Assembly (NCBI GenBank): GCA_965221165.1
Contig: CBDCRP010000003.1
Location: 1,344,001-1,408,000 of the forward strand
Reading direction: 5' to 3'
Source of the DNA: a bacterium
GTDB taxonomy: Bacteria > UBA8248
DNA length: 64,000 bases
The translations under genes and the position numbers were made by a program. Below the pieces are notes generated by a model that saw only the letters and a program-made list of their open reading frames with translations, ran no database searches and was not told the origin of the DNA. Shown here in pieces: positions 41,247 to 51,054 of the stretch. The stretch's first letter is position 1. Every line of letters starts with the position of its first letter.

Positions 41247-41286
41247 AAAAAAAAAAAGCGGTGGCCGGAAACCGACCACCGCTTTT
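41247..41286 (-). terminator. Intrinsic terminator after cspA (potentially bidirectional)
   Basis: A11-gcggtggccggaaaccgaccaccgc-tttt. Confidence 0.85.
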
Positions 41287-41306
41287 CTTAAACGCCGGGT
41301 AACGTG

Positions 41307-41510
41307 CTAGAGCTTGACGACGTTTTGCGCCTGGAGCCCTTTGGGGCCCTGGGCGACTTCGAACGACACCTGATCGTCCTCGCTCAAGGATTTGAATCCT
41401 TCCGCCTGGATGGCCGTGTGGTGGACAAACAGATCCTCACCACCGTCCTCGGGCGTGATGAAACCATACCCTTTTGCATCGTTGAACCACTTCACTGTTC
41501 CTGTTGACAT
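41307..41510 (-). CDS. cspA: Cold-shock protein
   Basis: [27 protein letters not shown]. Confidence 0.97.
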   Translation of the reverse strand: MSTGTVKWFNDAKGYGFITPEDGGEDLFVHHTAIQAEGFKSLSEDDQVSFEVAQGPKGLQAQNVVKL

Positions 41511-41904
41511 ACACTTCCTCAAAAAAAAGAGATTGACCTGGGGGAATGTAATGATGAATGGAGCGTCTCTTGGAAGGGAATCTTCATTCGTCCTGCATAC
41601 CCACAAACCTTTTTCCCACACCTATTGCGAGAAAAGACGACAAACTTTACCACCTACCGCCAACAAACGCAAGGGGTAAAAAAGAAATAAATACAACCGC
41701 CCGTATGATGAAATTACAGACTCTCTCCATATACCCGTTTTTCGCACGTGCTGAAAAGACGAATTTCAGGATCTCCCCATCCCTCATGCCGCCTACGGGC
41801 GATGCCCCGCTGCATAGCGGGACCGGGCGGAAAAAGCGGCGTAAGCGCATCAGGGAGAAGCGACGCGCTTGCTTGGGCCGTTTAAGCCCCAGCGAGGGAG
41901 CGAA

Positions 41905-42126
41905 TCAGGCGGCCTCGGGAGTCTTGGGTTCCCATGCCTCAAAGGGAAGCTCGGGCGCGGGAGTAAGTCTCGATTCGAGTTCCTCTTGTCGGCTTCGCCA
42001 ATCCTCATATGAGATTTGGCCTTGCAAATAGAGGGCGAGATTCCGCATGCAGGCTTCGTGAATGCGCTTCGAGGTTTGGCTCGTCCCATACGTCTTGTGT
42101 CCGGGTCTCTGAGTTGTCATCGCCAT
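41905..42126 (-). CDS. Small hypothetical protein (73 aa)
   Basis: Strong AAGGAGG RBS before the ATG, with an AT-rich promoter region upstream. Confidence 0.65.
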   Translation of the reverse strand: MAMTTQRPGHKTYGTSQTSKRIHEACMRNLALYLQGQISYEDWRSRQEELESRLTPAPELPFEAWEPKTPEAA

Positions 42127-42184
42127 GACGGGCCTCCTTTCCTGCCCCCTATGGTAAAGAGGGGGGAATCCTTTAATAATCTAT

Positions 42185-42217
42185 ATATAGTGCATATCTT
42201 ATTTTTATGCACTATAT
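42185..42217. promoter_or_regulatory. 12-bp inverted repeat in an AT-rich divergent promoter region
   Basis: ATATAGTGCATA-N9-TATGCACTATAT. Confidence 0.65.
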
Positions 42218-42443
42218 TTTGTGTTAAAAGTACGTTAAAAACTTGTTACTAAATGAAGAATTTTTATATCCTCCGCATATACGAATATAATACGAAAATA
42301 TGAAAAATGCAACTTTTTTTGTTCCCGATATCCCCGGTACCATCATATCAGTATGTTAAGATGGTGTTTTTTATGTCTTCCATTCACTCTGGATGTGCAA
42401 AGACCTTTGCGGACATGACGCGCAAAGGCGAAAAGGGAATGTC

Positions 42444-43307
42444 GTGATCTTGAAGAAAATCCCAAAAAATATCCTGCCGAGCGTTTTTTTTCTCCTGGTG
42501 GCCATGTTTCTCGCCGGCTGCGTAGGGAACGATGAGACGAAAACCACCCGTGGCGAGGTGATTCGGGAATGGTTCATGGAATTCACCTGGGGGCGTGTGG
42601 AGTCTTACGCCATCCGGCCACCCGGCGGAGAGTATTCTCCCCAAAGGCTCTACCCGGCGATACTCCTCCTCCACGGAGCAGACGCCAGAGCCCAAAGATT
42701 CAGACGCGCCATGTTGGCTCACGTGCGAGACGATTTTTTCCTTATGAGTATCTCGCTGCCCGGTTTTGGCGCGTCCACGGGACCGGAGGATTTCGCCGGG
42801 CCGAGAAGCGTGAAAGCCGTACTGGGCGCCATTCGTTATTTAAGAACCAGGGAGAACGTCAAAAAAGACGGCATTTTCGTCTATGGCATCGGACAAGGGG
42901 CTTCAGTGGCAGCCCTTGCGGCCGCCAAGAGCGGGAACATTTCGGCCTTCATCCTCGAAAACGGATTTTATGACCTGGAGAAAACCTATGCCCTTTTGTC
43001 CGAAAAACAAAAGGCCCGAATACGCGCGGTGCTAGGCGGCCCACCCACCCAAAGAAGAGAGGCCTACCGAAAGCGCTCCCCCATCCGTGCGGTGGATAAA
43101 ATAAAAGCCCCGATTCTGCTTCTCCACAGCCAGGAAGGACCCTACCCACTCAGCGGAGCCGAGGCCTTTCTAAAAGTTTTCACGGAAAAAGGCGGAAGAG
43201 CGGAAATCAGAAAGGTGGACAACCCGAACCTCTTCGCATCACTCACACATCCCAACATCGGGAAGTGGGTCATCCCCTACATCGAGAAAATACGCAAAAC
43301 GCGCTAG
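42444..43307 (+). CDS. Alpha/beta hydrolase-fold lipoprotein (S9-like) lacking the nucleophile
   Basis: LAGC lipobox; PAILLLHG, PGFGAS, YGIGQGA, RSPI, PILLLH. Confidence 0.85.
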   Translation: MILKKIPKNILPSVFFLLVAMFLAGCVGNDETKTTRGEVIREWFMEFTWGRVESYAIRPPGGEYSPQRLYPAILLLHGADARAQRFRRAMLAHVRDDFFLMSISLPGFGASTGPEDFAGPRSVKAVLGAIRYLRTRENVKKDGIFVYGIGQGASVAALAAAKSGNISAFILENGFYDLEKTYALLSEKQKARIRAVLGGPPTQRREAYRKRSPIRAVDKIKAPILLLHSQEGPYPLSGAEAFLKVFTEKGGRAEIRKVDNPNLFASLTHPNIGKWVIPYIEKIRKTR

Positions 43308-43316
43308 AAAGCCTGT

Positions 43317-44450
43317 TTACGCTCTCTCCCATGATTCGATTTTAGCCAGCCGCTCAGAAACCGATGGATGCGAATGGAAAAGCGCAACCACCCAGGCGGG
43401 CGGCTTTGGATCCGTCAGGTTCTGCTCACACAATTTCACCAAAGCGGAAGACAAACCGCCCCGCGTCCGCACATGCTCGGTGGAATACCGATCGCAGCGG
43501 TGCTCGAGGATGCGGGAAACCGCCAGAAACAAGGGAGAGGTCACCATTCCCATCAAGATCAACACAACCCATAAGACCACGATGTTCGCGGGTTCGCCCG
43601 GTTGCACGAGAGCGGGGTTCACCCATTCCTCCAGCCATGCCAGGGCGTAGCGGGAGAAATACATGCCGAAAGCCAGCATCATGCTCTTCATCGCGATCAG
43701 GAGCGCGATATGACGACCCACATGATGCGCGATTTCATGGGCCAGGATCGCCTCGATTTCATCGGGCGTAAAATCAAGCAGCGTATCCGAGAGAACCACC
43801 CGCCGGGATGGTCCCCAGCCGACCAGAGCGGCATTCGCCGTCTTGCTCTTGGAGCTCATATCCATCTCCCAAACACCGCCATATACTCTCGCTTTCGTCT
43901 TCTCCAACAAGGCGAGGAGCCGCTCTTTGAGGCCCTCATCCGCCAGGGGCTTGAAGCGGAAAAAAATGGGCGCGAGCAACACGGGAGCGATCAGGGAAAT
44001 GAAAACCAGCAACAGGACCGAAGCGAGTGTGGCTATCCACCACCAACGCTCCGGCCACGCGGCCATGATCATCAAGAAACCACCGCTGGCCGCGCCACCT
44101 AAAAACACCAAAAGCGCCAGGCCCTTGCATCTGTCCCATAGCCAGCCCGCCAGCGATTGGTTCGATAAATTTTCCCGGTGGGCGAGCGTGTAGCCGCTGT
44201 AGAGGTCGAAGGGTAAAGAGACCAGCGTTTTCGAGACGGCGATAAGGGAGAAGACCGCGAATCCGCTGAAGAACGCGCCGCCCGATGGATTTTCGGCATC
44301 AGCGCTCAGATACCAGAACAAAAACGAGAACAGCAGGCCGAATTCGAGGACAGAAGACAGCAGGCCCGCGTACAGACGCCGCATTTGATACGACCTCGCG
44401 CGCTTTAGAAAATCATCCTCGAAAATGGGATGCTCACCGGTATTCCGCAT
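43317..44450 (-). CDS. M48 (Ste24-like) metallopeptidase
   Basis: NA..G, DTLL, HEIAH, E..CD, HSHP..ER. Confidence 0.93.
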   Translation of the reverse strand: MRNTGEHPIFEDDFLKRARSYQMRRLYAGLLSSVLEFGLLFSFLFWYLSADAENPSGGAFFSGFAVFSLIAVSKTLVSLPFDLYSGYTLAHRENLSNQSLAGWLWDRCKGLALLVFLGGAASGGFLMIMAAWPERWWWIATLASVLLLVFISLIAPVLLAPIFFRFKPLADEGLKERLLALLEKTKARVYGGVWEMDMSSKSKTANAALVGWGPSRRVVLSDTLLDFTPDEIEAILAHEIAHHVGRHIALLIAMKSMMLAFGMYFSRYALAWLEEWVNPALVQPGEPANIVVLWVVLILMGMVTSPLFLAVSRILEHRCDRYSTEHVRTRGGLSSALVKLCEQNLTDPKPPAWVVALFHSHPSVSERLAKIESWERA

Positions 44451-44628
44451 ATCCGTTCAATATCCAGGCGTGCGTGAGGATTCCAAAAGCAGAAAAATGA
44501 CAGGGCGATAATTTGGCAAATCACTCACGATTATGCAAATATATTCTCCGCTCACTGGAGCAAAACAAACCGAATTCCTAAAACCCGACTCTTAGAGGCG
44601 GGAGCCGGAACCCCAGGAGGTCCAGTCT

Positions 44629-45663
44629 GTGTCCCGTCATCTCATCGATCTCAGAAGCGACACTGCAACGCGCCCCACAAAACCGATGCGCGAGGCCATC
44701 GCCGAGGCCCGGGTGGGCGATGATATGCTCGGAGAAGACCCGAGCGTCAACGAACTCATCCAAAAAGCGACTGCTCTGTTCGGGAAAGAAGACGGCCTTT
44801 TCGTGTCATCGGGCACACTCGCCAACCAGTTGGCCATCAAGGTCCAGACGAATCCGGGCGATGAAATCATCGCCGATTCCCATTGTCATCCCTTCCGGAA
44901 CGAACTGGGCGCAGGCCCCTTTTTGTCCGGGGTTCAATTCGCCCTGATCTCGGCGAACCGCGGGGTTTACGCCCGGGAAGACGCAGAAGGGTGGCTCCGC
45001 CCCAAGGGGGGGTATCCCAAAAGCACCCTCCTCTGGGTGGAGAACACGCACAACCAGGGCGGTGGCCATGTGTTCCCCCTTGAGCGTCTTGATGAATTGC
45101 AGACCTTCTCACAAGAGCAAAACATCCCCCTTCATATGGACGGCGCCCGCATCTTCAATGCCATCATCGCTTCCGGCGTCCCCCCGGAGGAATGGGGGCA
45201 GCGCTGCGATTCGATATGTTTTTGCCTCTCCAAGGGATTGGGCTGCCCCGTGGGTTCCATCCTGCTCGGGGAAGAAGCGTTCATCCAGGAGGCGCGCCGG
45301 TACCGGAGAATGTGGGGCGGCGGCTGGCGTCAGGCGGGTCTTCTCGCCGCTGCAGGGATCTACGCGCTGGACCACCATGTGGAGCGTCTCGCGGATGACC
45401 ACGCCAACGCCCAGCTTTTTTCCGAACTCACCGCCGGAATTCCGGGAATTCGGCCCGTCCATGACACGACGCCCACCAATCTCGTGTTCCTGAACATTTC
45501 AGAAACCGGAAAAACGGCGCACCAGATCAACGAGGTGACGATGGAAAAAGGTGTCGCCTTCTCTATTCCGAACGCGAAGATGCTTCGCGCCGTCACCCAT
45601 ATCGACATCTCAAGGGAAGATGCGCAAACCGCCGCTCAGGTTTTGGCGGATTCGGTGAAATGA
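44629..45663 (+). CDS. ltaE: Low-specificity L-threonine aldolase
   Basis: DLRSDT, GDD..EDP, SGT.AN, ENTHN, HMDGAR, CLSKGLG. Confidence 0.93.
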   Translation: MSRHLIDLRSDTATRPTKPMREAIAEARVGDDMLGEDPSVNELIQKATALFGKEDGLFVSSGTLANQLAIKVQTNPGDEIIADSHCHPFRNELGAGPFLSGVQFALISANRGVYAREDAEGWLRPKGGYPKSTLLWVENTHNQGGGHVFPLERLDELQTFSQEQNIPLHMDGARIFNAIIASGVPPEEWGQRCDSICFCLSKGLGCPVGSILLGEEAFIQEARRYRRMWGGGWRQAGLLAAAGIYALDHHVERLADDHANAQLFSELTAGIPGIRPVHDTTPTNLVFLNISETGKTAHQINEVTMEKGVAFSIPNAKMLRAVTHIDISREDAQTAAQVLADSVK

Positions 45664-46442
45664 GTTCGCGCGCGCGAGTCACCGTCCTGGGCTGCGGCAC
45701 CTCCACGGGCGTTCCCTCCATAGGGTGCGCCACCGCCGCATGCCTTTCGGACGATCCCAGGAACAAGCGGCTGCGCCCGAGCATCATCATCGAGCACGAG
45801 GGACGAAACCTGCTGGTGGATACGGGTCCCGATTTGCGCGAACAGGCGCTCAGGCACCAGATCACCCGCGTAGATGCCGTAGTCTACACCCACTATCATG
45901 CGGACCATACCCACGGTATCGATGATTTGCGCGCCTTTAATTTCCTGATGGGAAAACCGATTCCCTGCTATGCCTATCCCAACACGGTGAAGATTCTTCG
46001 CCAGAATTTCAGCTACATTTTCAACCAAGCGAGAAATTACAGCGGCTTCAAGCCACAACTCACGCTGGAGGAGATCGGGGACTCTGCTTTCGGGGTGGCC
46101 GGTATCGACGTCATCCCCTTTGAACTCGAACATGCGAGCATGAAGGTGATGGGCCTGCGGGTGGGTGACTTCGCCTACGCCACGGATTGCAACGCCATTC
46201 CGGAAAAATCCATGGAAATTCTGGAAGGAGTGCGCGTTCTCATCCTCGACGCTTTGCGCCACCGGGAACACCCCTCTCACTTCACGATCGCCCAGGCGCT
46301 GGAAATCGTCGAGGTGCTCAAGCCCGAGCAGACTTATTTCACCCACACCAATTTTGAACTCGAATACCACGAGACCAACAGAAACCTGCCCGGCGGCGTG
46401 GAACTCGCGTATGACGGGCTGAGTTTCGATGTATCCTTGTAG
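45660..46442 (+). CDS. PhnP-like metallo-beta-lactamase fold hydrolase
   Basis: LGCGTSTGVP, THYHADHTHG, AYDG. Confidence 0.92.
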   Translation: MSSRARVTVLGCGTSTGVPSIGCATAACLSDDPRNKRLRPSIIIEHEGRNLLVDTGPDLREQALRHQITRVDAVVYTHYHADHTHGIDDLRAFNFLMGKPIPCYAYPNTVKILRQNFSYIFNQARNYSGFKPQLTLEEIGDSAFGVAGIDVIPFELEHASMKVMGLRVGDFAYATDCNAIPEKSMEILEGVRVLILDALRHREHPSHFTIAQALEIVEVLKPEQTYFTHTNFELEYHETNRNLPGGVELAYDGLSFDVSL

Positions 46443-46450
46443 GGACTGAA

Positions 46451-47275
46451 CTACATATCGCCCGTGTCTTCCGGAATTTCTCCCACTTCATCCGTCCGGC
46501 TTGCGCTCGTTCTCTCGCAAAGGTCCGAAAACAAAAGATACCCCGCCAGATAATAGGAGATCGAGGTCACCATCACTCCCGTTTGCAGTAAGACCTGGCC
46601 CAGCAGCCCTCCGCCGAAAATACCCTGTATCACCTGCCAGAGGATGAACCAGACCAGCAGATAGGTCATCGCCAGGACGACGACCGTCCTTTCCCCGCCG
46701 CTTGAGATCATGCCGGCGCGACTGAAAGCCTGGGCAAACCCATCGCCATAGAGCAGCGCGGTCAAGGTGCAAAAATAATACCGCACGGCGGGCGTGAGAA
46801 CGAGAAAAATCGTCATGGCGAACGAGAACGGAAGCGCGATGGGCGAGTCTCCGAACAGGAAACCGAAGATGAACAACGCTACCGCAAAGCCGATGACGCC
46901 CAACAACTGCAAACCAAATGTATACGCCAAATCCACCTTGGCGACGGATTTCAGGCGATTCACCGCCTCGGCGATATCCCAAACGCCGCCATCGCCCTTG
47001 CGTTCGGACTCGACCCGCAAAATCAAAAGGATGAACAAAAACACCTGCAATACGCGCAAGAGCAACTGGGAGGCGATCATGAGGGGGAACAAGAATACGA
47101 GATTCGCTTCAGGGTCTATCAACGATTTGATCGAGGGATGAACCGAGAGCGCAACCACGGATATCGGCACATAAATCATTACGAAAAACCGGGTGATTTG
47201 CGCAAAATTCGCCACATGGTTGCGTACGCCATACTCGATGTATTTCGATAGTGGACCGATTGCTGTATTTTTCAT
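46451..47275 (-). CDS. Hypothetical multi-pass membrane protein
   Basis: About six hydrophobic segments; no recognised motif. Confidence 0.75.
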   Translation of the reverse strand: MKNTAIGPLSKYIEYGVRNHVANFAQITRFFVMIYVPISVVALSVHPSIKSLIDPEANLVFLFPLMIASQLLLRVLQVFLFILLILRVESERKGDGGVWDIAEAVNRLKSVAKVDLAYTFGLQLLGVIGFAVALFIFGFLFGDSPIALPFSFAMTIFLVLTPAVRYYFCTLTALLYGDGFAQAFSRAGMISSGGERTVVVLAMTYLLVWFILWQVIQGIFGGGLLGQVLLQTGVMVTSISYYLAGYLLFSDLCERTSASRTDEVGEIPEDTGDM

Positions 47276-47452
47276 ATAAAAACAAACCCTTAGAAGAATA
47301 TGGCCACTCTCGCAAGCGTTGATTTTCTACCACCGGGAACGATACACTAGAACAGGCTTCAGCCTAAGAATCGCACGACCGCCCCGGAAAACCGCACGGA
47401 ACCGACGAGCATCACTATACTTGCTCATGACGAGGAATAGAAGGCAGCCCCC

Positions 47453-48241
47453 ATGAGTTCCGCGACAATCGTGAAAGAAGGCATCCGGGCACTTGGCCGC
47501 CACGCGATGGAAACCATCGTCGGCATGGGAAGCGCCGCTATTTTCCTGCTCGAATCCGTTCGATGGATTTTCACCCCACCGTGGCGATTTTCACTTCTCA
47601 TACGCCAGATATACATCATCGGCACGGGTTCTCTCTCCATCGTCTTGCTGACCGGTCTGTTCACCGGGATGGTTCTGGCGCTCCAGGGAATTTACGTTTT
47701 CAGAAAATTCGGTTCCGAGGCTTTTTTGGGCCCCGCCGTCGCCTTCAGCCTCATCCGCGAACTCGGGCCCGTGCTCACCGCTCTCGTCGTCACCGGAAGA
47801 GCGGGCTCCGCCATGACGGCCGAAATCGGCATCATGCAAATTACCGAACAGGTGGACGCCTTGAAGAGCATGGCCGTGAATCCCTTGCAGCGCCTCGTCT
47901 CTCCCCGCCTGCTCGCGGGCGTGATAGTATTTCCCCTGCTTACGGCGCTTTGCGACATCATCGGCATAGTCGGTGCCTATCTCGTGGGCGTGGAGTTGAT
48001 GGGCCTGAGCTCGGGCACTTTTTTCGGGGAGATGCAGGACAAGATCGAGATGGTCGACATCACCGTAGGCTTGTGGAAATCCGTCGTCTTCGGCCTGATC
48101 GTCACATGGGTTTGCTGCTATAAGGGGTATCATTGCGGTCATGGGGCCGAGGGAGTGGGGAAAGCGACCACCTCGGCCGTGGTCTTATCTTCTGTCCTGA
48201 TACTGGTGGGCGATTATTTCCTCACCTCGATTCTTATATAA
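47453..48241 (+). CDS. mlaE: Lipid asymmetry ABC permease
   Basis: RELGPVLTA, GRAGSAMTAEIG, EQVDAL, GAEGVG.ATT. Confidence 0.95.
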   Translation: MSSATIVKEGIRALGRHAMETIVGMGSAAIFLLESVRWIFTPPWRFSLLIRQIYIIGTGSLSIVLLTGLFTGMVLALQGIYVFRKFGSEAFLGPAVAFSLIRELGPVLTALVVTGRAGSAMTAEIGIMQITEQVDALKSMAVNPLQRLVSPRLLAGVIVFPLLTALCDIIGIVGAYLVGVELMGLSSGTFFGEMQDKIEMVDITVGLWKSVVFGLIVTWVCCYKGYHCGHGAEGVGKATTSAVVLSSVLILVGDYFLTSILI

Positions 48242-48252
48242 AGGAACGAGCC

Positions 48253-48702
48253 TTGTACCGGAAAAATGTGGAATTCGGGGTCGGTATATTCGTTCTGGCG
48301 GGAATCCTTGCGCTCGCCTACTTATCCATCAAACTCGGCGGCCTGGATATTTTCGATGACGGCACCTATGAAGTTTCGGCGAAATTCACGAGCGCCACGG
48401 GCCTGAGGAGCGGCGCCTCCGTCGAAATGGCGGGCGTGAAAGTCGGACGGGTGAGCGGAATCTCTCTCGATGGGGAAGATGCGAAAATCACGCTGCGCAT
48501 CGATGAGAGCATCCAGCTCTCCCGGGATTCCATCGCCTCCATTCGCACGAAAGGGGTTTTGGGCGACAAATACGTGAGCCTCAGCCAGGGAGGATCGGAA
48601 AAAATCATCCCCCCGGACGGGCGGATTCGGGAGACGGAACCCCCGGTTGATATCGAAAAACTTATCGGCGACTATATTTTCGGCAATGTGAAGAAGAAAT
48701 AA
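48253..48702 (+). CDS. mlaD: MCE-domain protein MlaD
   Basis: VGIFV, GLRSGASVEMAGVKVGRV, GVLGDKY. Confidence 0.93.
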   Translation: MYRKNVEFGVGIFVLAGILALAYLSIKLGGLDIFDDGTYEVSAKFTSATGLRSGASVEMAGVKVGRVSGISLDGEDAKITLRIDESIQLSRDSIASIRTKGVLGDKYVSLSQGGSEKIIPPDGRIRETEPPVDIEKLIGDYIFGNVKKK

Positions 48703-48873
48703 AGGGCCGGCCCCGCCTGAGACGACCCTTCAAGATGACCGAGAACCCCTTCGTCGATGAGGGCTTCGCATAGATGGATTCAGAATCAAGGGACCAGAGC
48801 ACATATTAAAATCATGGCATCGTCCCTGGTTTCGCTATTCCCCGATTCAGGACTTGCCGTACGAGGAGAACCC

Positions 48874-49479
48874 ATGTTTTTGAAAAAGCGTCAACCATTT
48901 CTCATCGCCGCCCTTCTCGCCTGTACGCTTCTCGCGCCGTCCGTCCAGGCGGGAGAGCCGACCGAGTTGGTGCGCACGGGAATATACGGGGTGCTGGAGG
49001 TTCTTCGGCAATCCGAGTTGAAGGTCCCCGAGAAAAAGATGGAGCGCAGAAACCGGATGCGCAAGGTCATTCACCGGTATTTCGATTTCGAGGAAATGTC
49101 CAGGCGAAGCCTCGCGAGGTATTGGAGAAAGCGCACGCCGCAGGAGAAGAGCGAATTCATCCAGCTTTTCAGCTATTTCATGGAACTCAACTACGCGAAT
49201 ACGCTGGAAAGCTATACGGATGAAAAGATCGTTTTCGGCAAGGAGACCAGCGACCCGGAATTCGCCCGGGTCAAGACCGCCATCATCACGACGGACAAGA
49301 AAGAGATCGACATCACCTACCGCATGCACAATGTGAACGGCGAATGGCGCGTCTACGACGTTCTCGTGGAGGGCGTGAGCCTCGTGAAAAACTACCGCGA
49401 CCAGTTCCGCTCCATCATCCGGAGAACTTCCTACGCCAACCTCGTGAAAATCCTCCGGGCCAAGCGAGACGAGGGCTAG
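48874..49479 (+). CDS. mlaC: Periplasmic lipid shuttle MlaC/Ttg2D
   Basis: FDFEEMSRRSL, WRVYDVLVEGVSLVKNYRDQF. Confidence 0.93.
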   Translation: MFLKKRQPFLIAALLACTLLAPSVQAGEPTELVRTGIYGVLEVLRQSELKVPEKKMERRNRMRKVIHRYFDFEEMSRRSLARYWRKRTPQEKSEFIQLFSYFMELNYANTLESYTDEKIVFGKETSDPEFARVKTAIITTDKKEIDITYRMHNVNGEWRVYDVLVEGVSLVKNYRDQFRSIIRRTSYANLVKILRAKRDEG

Positions 49480-49807
49480 AAGGATCACCCGCCGCGGGCG
49501 GCCTGCCCGGCACCCGGGGCAGCGGATATTTGCGGTTTACCTCCGCATGGTTTCGAAGCCCCATCGCCTCTCTTTGCACGATGAGGAAATACCGGTAGCG
49601 CTCCGCCTCGTCCATCGCCTGGTGGAGGGCGTTCTCTATCCTTTCTCTCGTCTTATCGCCAAACCCTTGCCGCTTCTCCCAGGCGCGCCACGCATCCCAC
49701 GCCCTTTGGTGGCGCTTGGAGAACTCACTCCCGATGCGGCCGAGAGTGGAGGCCATCTCCTCGGCTATCTCGCGCTCCACGGCCAGGGGCTTGAATTTCT
49801 TGGACAT
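49415..49807 (-). CDS. Small hypothetical protein (DUF6665-like)
   Basis: EIAEE.A.TLGR.G...LIVQREAMGLRNH...YPLP; the 3' end overlaps mlaC. Confidence 0.7.
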   Translation of the reverse strand: MSKKFKPLAVEREIAEEMASTLGRIGSEFSKRHQRAWDAWRAWEKRQGFGDKTRERIENALHQAMDEAERYRYFLIVQREAMGLRNHAEVNRKYPLPRVPGRPPAAGDPSSPRLAWPGGFSRGWRRKFSG

Positions 49808-49811
49808 GCTT

Positions 49812-50993
49812 CTATCTCGTCTCTTTGGGCAAACCCAGAGAAATGAACGAACCCACGACGCCGAACGCCATGCAGACGAGGGGCAGGGCCTGTTCCACGC
49901 CGATGTAATCGGCCAGGCCGCCCACGGCGATCATCCCGATGCTCGCCACGAACCAGACCACACCGAGCATGAAACTGCTCACCAAAGCTGCGTGCTCGGG
50001 CGCTATCTCCTGGGCATACGTCACAGAAACCCCCATTTGCGCGTAAAAAGCGGCGCCCGAGAGTATGACGAAGACGGTCCGGAAAGGCTCGTCGAACAGA
50101 AAGACCAGGCCCAACGCGGGCGTGCCCACGCAGATGGCCATTATCGTCACGATCCGCCTGCCGAAGATGTCGGAGAGATGTCCGCCGTAGATGCCGCCCA
50201 CCGCCGCGGCAACCAGAAACAGGGTAATGGCCGTGCCGCCCGCAGCCAGTGAGCCGCCTTTGGCGATAATATATATCGGCAAAAAGACCTGCACGGTCAT
50301 CGTCACCGTGGTGCGGCACAAATTCACGAGCCACAGCAAGAAAAGCGGACGAAACACGAGCTTGAGCATGCGCACCGTTTGGGCGAAACTTTGCGAAGCG
50401 CCGTCCCCCACGTCCCGGATGGGTGGAGAGACGAAAAACAAGGGGAGTCCGATGATGATGCCGACGAGGCTCGCGTACGGTATGGCGTCGATGCCCCACC
50501 GCGTGACGATGAACGTCGCCATCCCTGCGCCCAGCCCCACGCCCAGACGGCCGCCCGCGACATAAAGCGACATTCCGAACCCCTTCCTCGCGCCTGCGGA
50601 CTGGCCGGCGATAACCGAGGCCACGGGATGGAAACAGGCCGAGCCCGAGCCCGCAATCAGCATGAGAAGCATAAGGAGCCAGAAATTCGGCATGTAGAAC
50701 ATGAATGCGAGCAGCGCGCCGCCCAACGGGCCGAGCGCCAAGAGCCATCCTTTCTTTATCCTGTCCGCGAAGTAGCCGAAAAAGGGCTGGCCCACGGCGC
50801 CGGTAATGGAAAGCGTGGTGGCCAGCAGACCCGCCAGACTCAAGGGCAGGTCCATGCGCTCCACGATGAGAGGGAGCAATGGCGGGAGAAAACCGAAATA
50901 ACTGTCGTTCGCAACGTGAGCGACGATGAGCAGGGATATTCTTCTCTTCTTGAGGCGCTCTGGAACCGCGCCGGCCACGGCCCTATCCGTCAA
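49812..50993 (-). CDS. MFS transporter (Fsr-like)
   Basis: H..ND, QP.FG..AD, FHP, GG.LSD.FGRR. Confidence 0.92.
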   Translation of the reverse strand: MTDRAVAGAVPERLKKRRISLLIVAHVANDSYFGFLPPLLPLIVERMDLPLSLAGLLATTLSITGAVGQPFFGYFADRIKKGWLLALGPLGGALLAFMFYMPNFWLLMLLMLIAGSGSACFHPVASVIAGQSAGARKGFGMSLYVAGGRLGVGLGAGMATFIVTRWGIDAIPYASLVGIIIGLPLFFVSPPIRDVGDGASQSFAQTVRMLKLVFRPLFLLWLVNLCRTTVTMTVQVFLPIYIIAKGGSLAAGGTAITLFLVAAAVGGIYGGHLSDIFGRRIVTIMAICVGTPALGLVFLFDEPFRTVFVILSGAAFYAQMGVSVTYAQEIAPEHAALVSSFMLGVVWFVASIGMIAVGGLADYIGVEQALPLVCMAFGVVGSFISLGLPKETR

Positions 50994-51054
50994 GACGTTC
51001 TCCGAAACGAAAAATGCTGCAGTGAGCCCACGTGAACCGGGAGCGGATGTGTAG

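Noticed and set aside
42202-42362. dif-like XerD half-sites (ttgtgttaaaa, gtatgttaaga)
   Set aside because: No matching XerC arm at 6-bp spacing; likely chance matches in AT-rich DNA.
49415-49479. 65-bp convergent overlap between mlaC and the small DUF6665-like gene
   Set aside because: The overlap covers only a low-complexity tail beyond the conserved part; likely stop-codon drift.
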